Shown here: one piece after another, positions 33,901-43,114 of the stretch
How positions within the stretch are numbered: the stretch's first letter is position 1
How the letters are laid out: each line of letters starts with the position of its first letter
NCBI RefSeq assembly: GCF_001194135.2
Contig: NC_068986.1
Coordinates: 73,027,606 to 73,070,719, forward strand
Direction: 5' to 3'
Origin: Octopus bimaculoides
Lineage: Eukaryota
Length of the DNA: 43,114 nucleotides
Position numbers and translations under genes: made by a program
The notes under the pieces: model-generated
Told to the model about the DNA's origin: nothing
What the model saw: the letters and a program-made list of their open reading frames with translations, nothing else
Database searches by the model: none

Positions 33901-34869
33901 AATAATTTAGAGAGACAAAAAGACAAAAAAATTTATATCATTTGAAAGAAAAAAATTGAGATTTTAGTTGAAAGTAACTTGTGGTACCTTCCTTTCCTCT
34001 CCTCCCTGTACTACTGCCTTTTGTCAATTTTCTATCATTGTAGCATCTCTATAAACTTTGCTAAGTATTTTGTCTTTTAACTTCCTTTGTAGACAGTTTT
34101 AAAACAAGAATAGAATTGATAAAGACCAAATTGAAAACAATAAAGTCATAATTTGAAAAAAATAACCATCAAAAACAAATGGTTTTCTTTGTATTATTAA
34201 AACAATTTTTTTGTTTTGTTTTGCTTTGTTTTGGCCACAGGTTTACAAAACTAGGTGGCTTTGGGAAATCTGTTTAGAGATAATTTATTTTTTATTAGTT
34301 ACAAAACTCTAAGGAAGCAACATGATCAATGGCTTGAACTTCTTTACAAACTAGTATTTAGAGAACCTCTAAATGGTTGCTCTATTTGCTAGAAAAAATT
34401 GTCAAATGTATCTCATCACATACAAGATGCAATGAGGTAGAATAAAAATTAATATTAAAAAAAAGGACACCTTGAATAATGCACTTCTTGGAAAACACCT
34501 TTGATCAGGACTAATTTGGGCCAAAGTAGTATATGTTTTTATGACTCAGCAAGATTAAAGGTAATGTAGTTAACCACGAGAGGGTTTCAGTATAAACTTA
34601 GAGGGCTGAGAGTCTGCTACTCTGCCAGTTTTCCCAAGTTCACCCTCCTTCCATTTACTGTAAATTTTGTCCCTTTCCTTTCTTTGAAACTAAATTTTAT
34701 GGTATCAGATTTACACCATTGTTTACTTATATAGAGAGAGAATCAGTTTGTTCTCCTGTTCAGTCCATTCGTTATGATATAATCTTCCGAAAGGAAGAAT
34801 TTGTTAATTCATTAGCGATATTTTGAAGTCTGTAAATGATTGTTTTCTTGAAGTGATAATTACTAACAG

Positions 34870-36290
34870 GCTTGCCTCACAGACAGGATCTTGTAGTAGT
34901 GGTCCTTTTATGCGATCCTTCTACAGACTTCCTGAATGACAACCGACTTCATTATCATGGCTGGTGACTTCAACAGATATGTCAACTGATGCAATGATGG
35001 CTTCTGTGACATACATTGAGGCGATGGGTATGGTTCAAGAAATGAGGAGAGTGTAAAGGCACCAGAAGTTCTATGATGCAACTGATCTATTTGCAACACA
35101 CACACTAAGAAACCAGCCAGCCACATAATCACCTATCAATTTAGTAAAAACACAAATCAGATTATATTCTTACCAGGAAATTGTATAGAAGGGCTATTGC
35201 AAATACCAAGCCCTTTCCTGGTCAATAATGCATTACACAACTTCAGAGCAATGTAGATAGAAAAACAGAAAATGATAGAAAGAAGATATGGAAACTAAAG
35301 GATCCTACAGTTGGGAATAGGTTTAGAGAAATACTAATTGGTGTATATTACTCAAGGGAGAAAGATTTATGTCTGTAGCATAGATGACAATGGGGAATTT
35401 TTATGAAATAACTTCCTTCAATCTATGGATCAGACATGGCTGGGGCAAAAGTCCCAGTCAAACCAAAAGTAATATGGTGACAGGAATAACATAACTAGTA
35501 GAGCAATAAAGACTAAGAGACAGGCTTGGGAAATCTGAAAGGAAGGTGGTAGTGGGGAACATTGTCAAATTGCTAGACGAGCAGCTTGGCAACAGATATA
35601 CTTGATTAAAGGTAATGCAGAAGGGAAGAGATTTGCACATGTCCTGCAACATGAGGCTTTGGCATATAATGTTCAAGATTGCAAGGTAATGAGTGAGACA
35701 ACTGGGATATCATATGTATTCAGAGTGATGGCGGCATGTAGATATGGAAGTGTCATTATTAGATGCTGCTGAGCATGGAGAATGCATAAGACAGGATATT
35801 TCATTCTGGCCTTATAGAGCAGTGTTTCTACCTTTTTACCCTTGCATAACCCTTAAAATAAATTATATGTCTCAAGGAACCCCTGTACAAAAGATTTATA
35901 TACTATATCTTTCTCATATTTTTTTCATTGTAGTTCACATGGTAAACCTCATATATATATTTATAATATATATATACAGTTGTTATATTTTTTTTGATAA
36001 CATAATAGGTTAGGTAGGATGATGTCTATATTACAATAACCAAAAATATGTTGTGCATGCATAGTAATATGACAATCACAAAATCTCTTTCTTGTGGAAC
36101 CCCAGTTGAAAAATACTGCTATAGAGTGACCAGCAATTCAGGTTGACAGCAGCATGGTAGATAAAGCAATTAAAGACATGAAGAGCAGGAAAGCTGCAGA
36201 ACCATGAATCATGATTGCAGAGATGCAGTCTAATCAAAAAGAAAGTTAATAGGCCTTACTAGCAGACCTGTACAATAGTCTGGCAGATAA
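34870..36290 (+). mobile_element. Old RTE LINE (APE endonuclease, linker, start of RT), interrupted by a hAT MITE
   Basis: Remnant translations IIMAGDFNRYV, GYGSRNEE, SHIITY..NQIDYILTR, AEGKRFAHVLQHE and KAIKDMKSRKAAEP; many stops and frameshifts. Confidence 0.7.
35820..36118. mobile_element. hAT (Charlie-like) MITE
   Basis: cagtgtttct ... gttgaaaaatactg termini; 8-bp TSD ttatagag / ctatagag. Confidence 0.7.
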
Positions 36291-39200
36291 TTATTGCAGG
36301 TAATGCTGTCCAGACTGGAAGATAATACATTCATACATTCTCTCAAACATAGATGCAAGCAACCCAATGATATTTATCTAAAACTCTCCCAAAATAGGAT
36401 GACTATCATAAGGAAATTAAAAAATATCAATGCTGATACAAGTTGCTGCCACTTCAAACTGAAGTGGCAGCAACTTCTACAAGATTTCAAATCAGGTGTT
36501 TTGGGGAAAATCAATGGCCCATGTGAACACAACTGAATTCCAGAAAAGAGGTTTGTTTCATTGAGATTTCATAATTTTCTCTTTGTAATAGACAACAATT
36601 GTGACATATGGCAAAAAATTGACTAAGTTGTTTCTGCTGAAAAAGAAGTATATGATACATGGACCATATAGATAACTGAGTACAACTTTGCCTTGTGTGT
36701 TAAATGGATGATACATGAGTTCTATTTACATATGTTAAGTGATGACAACTGTGATCCACTGCATCAGCGATGTTCTACTGAAAGAGGTCTTAGTGTTCAT
36801 GTGAAAGTTGGAAATAGGGACATTAAGGTGAATAATCAACACATAATTCTTGATTATTTAAAAAATAACAAAGCTCAGATCAATGCTGAATGGTGCATAG
36901 CTGTCAAAGTTGTCACGTTTTTACTTAAATACATGTTCCAAGATACAAACTTTTTTACAATATTACTAGAAAGAGAAACAAGAATAAATTCATCTCAATG
37001 TCAGTGATGCAAATCAGCAAGATGTGAACATTAAATATGAAAATTGTGGGGAACTGTGATAATCCAGATCATGTTGGAAACTTCAAATTCTCCCTTCAGC
37101 AAAAAAATCCTCTCACAGAATGTCTTCAGAATAACATACTCAATTAACAAGTAATTTTTTTTTTATCTGAACAGTGCAAAAAATGCCCTTTAACAAACTC
37201 AATTAACTAAATTTAACTTATTTTTATAAAATAGCCCAAAGATCCTGAAGTAAGAATTAGCCTATATTACAGCTTTCTTGAACATCATACATAAGGATTA
37301 GCAAAGAAAGACAAGGTGACCAGAAGGACTACCAGAGACATGCCTACTACACTACTACACAGCCACTGCAAGTCTATTGCTTCATTACAGAGTATGAAGT
37401 ATTGATGATTTGTGTAACCTGCAGAAGTTTTAACATGCCATCCAAGTAATGAATCTCTTTAAAAATGACTGCGAATGGCAAATGTGCATAAATCAGATGG
37501 CAACAACTAAGTCTACATACTAGCTCAGTAATGTATTGATTGCAATTCATTTTTGCTCTCCATCTGAGCCTCTAAAATCTATACAACATGTTTTGCAACA
37601 ATCTTACTCAAGATTTTCTACATTACAAAAGCGAAACAATGTCCATTGAAAATGCAACAGAAGCTATCATTAACAGCAATGTGCATATTGGATAACCTGT
37701 TGTTTCAATATGTGCATTGAACAGTTTATTGTGATTTTCCAGCTGCAGACCAACAACAAAACGTACCTGTCAAATAAGATGAAATAGATCTTTCAGCTGA
37801 AACCTATTACAATGATCACATATGCTCAATAACAAAGAGAGGACTCTCTGAGACAATCAAAACAAAAATTGACAACAATGAAGGTAACCTACTAGTTCTT
37901 GATGCTCAGATGTTCCTGGAGGAATAGATGAACTTTTTAGTGTTGAACTTGCTACTATCCTATGTTCATAAAAATGGCCAAATGGCACTTGTTAAAGCTT
38001 CATCAGGTGTTGTAGTTTCACTATTGGAACTCAGACAGACTACTTATTCTTGCTTCAAGCTTCACTATCCAATAAAATCTGCATCAACCTGTCACATCCC
38101 TTCATGATTCAGCTGTTTGCCTTCTGTATGATGCACAGCTACTGGTAAGAGACAAAGTCCCTAAGTGCCACTGACATCTTGAAGCTTTGAGTCACACACT
38201 TCAAGGTATAATGATCAATGAACAACTTCGATGAAAACTTCTAGTCTTCAGTGGCAGTTTTCAACAAAATTCTCCCAGTGGTCTGTAGAGATCAATAATT
38301 TTCTCTAAGTGCTGCATGCACCAAAAAGTTTTCAATTTGGAGTGAATGCAAAGTTTTGCATATGCAGACAAATGGGAAAGTTCTCAATTGTTTGAACAAC
38401 AATGATTTTGTTACATTTAATCAGCTAAATTACTATGCAAACTGGTTACTGAAACTGGGCAAAGGGAGGATTCCAAATATATACTGACACTGACACATCT
38501 TCCTCAAATTCTATAGTGATTCCACCCTTCTTAACAGTGAACTCCAAGAAAGATTTCATTCAATTTGTTTATATCAACCTATTAACACACTATGGAAACT
38601 GAACAATGGATGTTTTTAAGAGCTATTCAAACATCACTGAAGTGAGCAGTGCCAATGATTCCTCACATTTCTCTTCAGTCATCTGATACTGATGTACCAT
38701 TCACTCTAAAAGGATTGCAATTTCCTATAAGACCTGCTTTAGTTATGTTGATAAATAAGAGTCAAGAACAGAAATGTAGATTGTATCTTCCAATTCCAGT
38801 ATTTACCCACGGACAATTATATGCTACTATCAGTGGTGTATTCAATAAAAAAAGAATCTGCATATTCACAGATGATCATCACCATAGTTTAACAGGAGCT
38901 GGCCAGGCAGAAAACTGCATCAGACTTCTGTGTCTGTTTTGGCATGCTTTTTATGGCTGGATGCTCTTCGTAACATTAACCACCCCGCAGAGTGGACTGA
39001 GTGCTTTTCATGTGGCATCAGCACAGGCAAGATTAGTTTTGGCATTGTTTTTACAGCTGGATGACTTCCAAATGCCAACCACTATACAGTGTGGACTGAA
39101 TGCTCTTTACCAGCATTGACAGGGTCACCAAGTAACTTACAAGTTGAGGAATCTTTGAGAGGGGAGAGGGCATTGGAGGAGGTGATCTTGTGCCAGATGA

Positions 39201-39299
39201 TGAAAGGTTGGAGTGTGACAGAGAGGCAGAAAGTTATCTTGTAATGATGAAAATTGAACCTTGACTAAATAAATCCCTTGTTTGTAGAGACGTCATGTG
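36290..39299 (+). mobile_element. Helitron RepHel remnant (HUH Rep plus PIF1 helicase), pseudogenised
   Basis: EFQKRGLFH (Rep motif 2, ~36535), ID*VVSAE, YMIHGP, AQINAEWC..VKVVTFLLKYM, ASSGVVVSLL (helicase Ia), and IPHISLQSSDTDVPFTLKGLQFPIRPALVMLINKSQ...PVFTHGQLYATISGV (PIF1 motifs V/VI). A probable ORF end NKSLVCRDVM* lies at 39299. Confidence 0.9.
38875..39232 (-). mobile_element. Old RTE-tail-type retroposon inserted in the Helitron
   Basis: Two diverged copies of the tttacagctggatg..cttcc.a..gccaacc motif after a (CAT)-like tail. Confidence 0.55.
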
Positions 39300-39605
39300 A
39301 ATAAATGTAAATATTATGGAATGTATATATTGTAAGGACAAATGCTTTCACTAAATATTACCAGATTACATCCTGAACTTTTCCAGGTTCAGTTGCTTAA
39401 GAATATTATCATTCCTGTGCTTACATTTTCTATGCTCTTTTTACAGTAAAAAAATAATTGTTTTTGAAACAAAACACAAAAAGTATAAAAAGTAAAATTG
39501 AATTTTTTTTAATGTTTAAACTGTGGTAAAAAACTAAAAATTATAATTTGACAAAAAGTCAATTATAAATAAATTCCAATAAAGTAGTAGTAAAGGAATT
39601 AAAGT

Positions 39606-39890
39606 GGAGGCATGTAGCTTAGAGGTTAGGGTGTTGGACACATGATTGTAAGATTGTGGTTTCAATTCCTGGACCAGGTAGCATGTGTTCCTGAGCAAAA
39701 CACTTCATTTGACATTGCACTAGTCCACTCAGCTGGCAAAAATTAGTAATACTGTAATGGACTAAGTGTCCCATCCAGGGGGTTAATATATATACTACAG
39801 AAACCAGGAAACCATCCCTGTGAGTCTAAACTCGGAAGATACCAAAAGATACCAGTCAGACAGCAGTACAGCAAATATTTGATTAGTTTG
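39606..39890 (+). mobile_element. Decayed tRNA-headed SINE
   Basis: tagcttagaggttagg (A box), ggtttcaattcc (B box), gtgttcctgagcaaaacactt core and an atggact...cccatccaggg segment. Confidence 0.65.
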
Positions 39891-40814
39891 NNNNNNNNNN
39901 GGACTAAGTGTCCCATCCAGGGGGTTAATATATATACTACAGAAACCAGGAAACCATCCCTGTGAGTCTAAACTTGGAAGATACCAAAAGATACCAGTCA
40001 GACAGCAGTACAGCAAATATTTGATTAGTTTGTTTTATTTAGTTTGAAGAGTGACATTTGCAGTCCTTGTGACTGATGTGATTGATACAGTTGACTTTCA
40101 AGTTGAATTTTGTGTAGATTGCTGTTGAGAACAACAATTCTGGGTTGGAAGAATTAAGAAAGTGTTTTGGATGGGTAAAACAAAAGGTATGAGGACTGGA
40201 GAAGAAGCATATATATATAAGGTAAAATGTAGGATGTGGTATACAGTTTGTTTGTTCTGAGGAGAAGAAGGCATTAGAGGGATAGTGGAAGAGATAGCAA
40301 AAGGAAACAATAATTTTAGGTTGTAGTTTACACTTACATTATACATTGGTTTCATACCTTGTCACTGGTTCCGTTTGTGATCAAGACACTTCATTTTCTA
40401 ATAATCAGAAGTGTATGATGAATTGACTGTTCTAATCAACATAAATTGTTCATTATTAACCCTGATTAAGGAGACCAGTGATCTGAGACATACCAGCCAT
40501 AGCTGCACCATCTTTTCAGGTGTAATCTAGGGCTATAGTATTTAATGTGTTCTGTCTTTATTTAAAAAGGATGGCTATTTTGGCTGTTGTTTCTTCCAGG
40601 TCAAGTGACCAAATAAAGATTTCATTTGTTTATGATTAACTTGCAGCTGGGTGGTAGAATGGTTGAATTGTTATAGCAATGGACATTTTGCTTAGCAGTG
40701 TTCATTTTGACTATGCTTTGAGTTTAAATCCTGTCGAAATCTACTGGGGATTATTTAACTAACTAATCTCCTTTGCCAAATATCATGCCTTGTACCCACA
40801 GAAGAAAGAATTTT

Positions 40815-40975
40815 ATAAGTTATGAGCTGGCAGATTTGTGAGAGCTTTGGAAGAATGTTTGCAATATTTGTCATGGATCTTTATTTTCCTTGTTCAAATT
40901 ACTTTGAGGTCATCGTTGCCTTTTATTCTTTCAGACTTAATAAATAAAGTACCAGTTGCTTACTGGTGCTGATTG
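40815..40975 (+). mobile_element. Decayed SINE
   Basis: gagctggcaga...gttcaaatt...gaggtc..ttgccttt.att.ctttc...aataaagtaccagtt pattern; a similar remnant lies at about 40640-40750. Confidence 0.5.
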
Positions 40976-41620
40976 GGTGAGGGTTAGTGGTACCCCCACC
41001 ACAACCACCACCCCTCAAAGAAATCCCTATATTAGAAATAGTTATTGACTTGCAATGCTTTGTTCAACTCCTCCTGTAACATCAAGTGGAGTCTCAAAAC
41101 AGACGTGAGATGAGACTTTTTGAAGATCAGCAAAGGCAGGAACATACCCCCCTCACTCCCAATTTTCAGTGACAAGTAAGGGCCTGGAATATTCCAAATG
41201 GACGAATGACATGTGGCTTGGTCGAATTAGCCCACTATTTACTCCACAAATGTTTTGTCGTCAATGCTACACTTTCCCGCATCACCTGTTTCAATATAAC
41301 TGTAATATATATACAAACTATGCCATTTTAATCCCGAGCAACGCTGGGTATCTCTGCTAGTTACTTTTAAAGTTACAACTAAGAATCGTAACAAGGTAGT
41401 AAAAAAATATTTTTATTACGAGATTTGAAAATGAACTAAATACGGGAAATTTAGGTACAGGGGACAAAATTATCAAATATGGGGCATGTCCCGTATATAA
41501 GGGTCGTCAGGCAACCCTATATTAAAGTCCATTGTAATATAGTAGTTTGTTTTATAATGGACGTCCCAAATAATTCTGTATATTTTAATGAGGCGAATTT
41601 TCGAGACGAGGACATTTCCA

Positions 41621-41662
41621 CAACTGGAATCCTCGACGTCGTAAGCGACGGTGTGCCAACAA
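41621..41662 (+). mobile_element. Isolated 3' tail of the 29617-29987 SINE family
   Basis: caactggaatcctcgacgtcgtaagcgacggtgtgccaac is the reverse complement of 29628-29668 with 2 mismatches. Confidence 0.75.
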
Positions 41663-43114
41663 GATAATCTAGTGTGAATCAAAGAAGAGTTATCGTTCTT
41701 CAATTGTGACCCTTCATCGAATTCCCATTTTGGCAAAAATAAACACATATTATGGAGAAGGGTAAAATCGATTTAATGGATCACCGCACTTAAATGGTAT
41801 TTACATCATCGACAAAGGCAGGATTGGCAGTCAGATCGGTAACGGGTGGAACAAGATACCGCGTAACAATTAGCCCGGCGCTCTTCTAATTCTGTCTCGC
41901 AGTCAAACTAGAACAAATAAATTAGTTTTGAATATCAACTGAAATTAAGAATCGGTTTAACACTTCCTTAAAGGTATCCTGTTTAATTACTATTTTCTGT
42001 TTTCGTATTCAAATATTGGCGCTAGTTCAGTTTGATTAACACCAAACGATTTAATATACAATGTTTAGTTTACACGCGGTAATAAAGTAGGCATTAATAA
42101 CACGAATTATATAAAGTAGGTGTTAATAGCATGAAAACAAACATCAGTGCTTGTGTTAACTGGAAATACGCCAATGTTTATTTCATCATATCCTGATTAA
42201 GAACGATATTTTTCGAATAGTTTGAGTGTTGACTATCTGCTGACATACTGTTGTTTCTCGTATGTTGTTTTAGCTTCCTATTTTATTATATTTACATTTT
42301 CTATTCCACTTCATTCGAGTTAGAATGAGTCCAGTTTCTCATCTTGAACTTCATAGGTAAAATATTTTATTTCCATGTTAACTTAACTAATTGGATTTTC
42401 TGTTATCGTTACTTTTTTTTTGTCAAAATAGCGAAATTGTTTAGTAACAGGTAAACAAATTCCGGTTAAACTAAAGCGTTTGACCCGAGCAAGAACAATT
42501 CCCAACGAAGGCCCAGGATTCGGTTTTGATTCCCAGTTGTAAATATTGTGTAACGCTGCTGATGAAGGGGATGAAAACAAGTTCGGTTGCCCTTTATAAT
42601 TTGCTATGCGGGTCTTTAAGAAATCAAATTCACTCATGTTAATGCCTATTTTTGCTTTCATCCCAACTCTAATTTATGGAGTTAGGTGACAGCAAAATTT
42701 AAAGTAAGTTTATTGAAAACAAACCATGTAACAAAATTGTAACAAACACAGACACACAAAATTTAAAAGTTTTCCTCTCCTCTGTCACATATGCGCGTGC
42801 TATCTAAAAAGAAAGCAAAGAATCTATTCTGTGCCAACAACAGGCATTTATTACTTCTACTCGTAAAGTTTGAATTCAGCGAAGAAACCTCTACCAGGTC
42901 ATTCTTTTTGCTAGAAATAGCAACCAAATGTCTTCAAAACATACAATACCTTTGTAGCGAACTCTAGTGAACTTCCTCTCTCTGTTACATATAAAGACTT
43001 ACGGGTTAATATAAAGATGATCACCCGTTAATAAAAAGCAGACCCCCCCCCCAGCCTGCTGGGTGTTAACTGTGTAGTAAACGAATATGACAAAAATAAA
43101 ATTTGCGCAAACGA

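Noticed and set aside
39378-39397. ctgaac...gttcag hairpin as the Helitron 3' terminus
   Set aside because: It is a short, AT-rich 6-bp stem with no CTRR at the expected distance.

Overview
AT-rich, repeat-dense eukaryotic genomic DNA from a gapped draft assembly (N runs at 1794-1945, 3438-3447, 10129-10561, 15635-16397, 20751-20762, 39891-39900). The repeat families look like those of octopod cephalopods; that is my inference, not a database result. One host gene is clearly supported: a + strand class I phosphatidylinositol transfer protein (PITPalpha/beta-like). I mapped 8 coding exons by hand between 13005 and 30959, all with AG/GT boundaries, giving 260 aa. The N-terminal ~17 codons were not found. 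Most of the rest is transposon-derived: many 5'-truncated RTE-clade LINE copies ending in (GAT)n, tRNA-headed SINEs, mariner (DD34D), maT (DD37D) and TRT-like (DD37E) elements, pogo, hAT, piggyBac and Merlin-like MITEs, and Helitron remnants, often nested. I found no CRISPR array, no rRNA or true tRNA gene, and no demonstrably new biological system. The best leads are a PHD-like zinc finger inside the RTE reverse-transcriptase ORF, in-frame transposase/RT chimeras made by nested insertion, a nested-palindrome MITE with telomere-like repeats, inverted LINE copies flanking a symmetric PITP exon, a lengthened Cys-containing loop in PITP, and an unexplained CpG-rich region at the right end.
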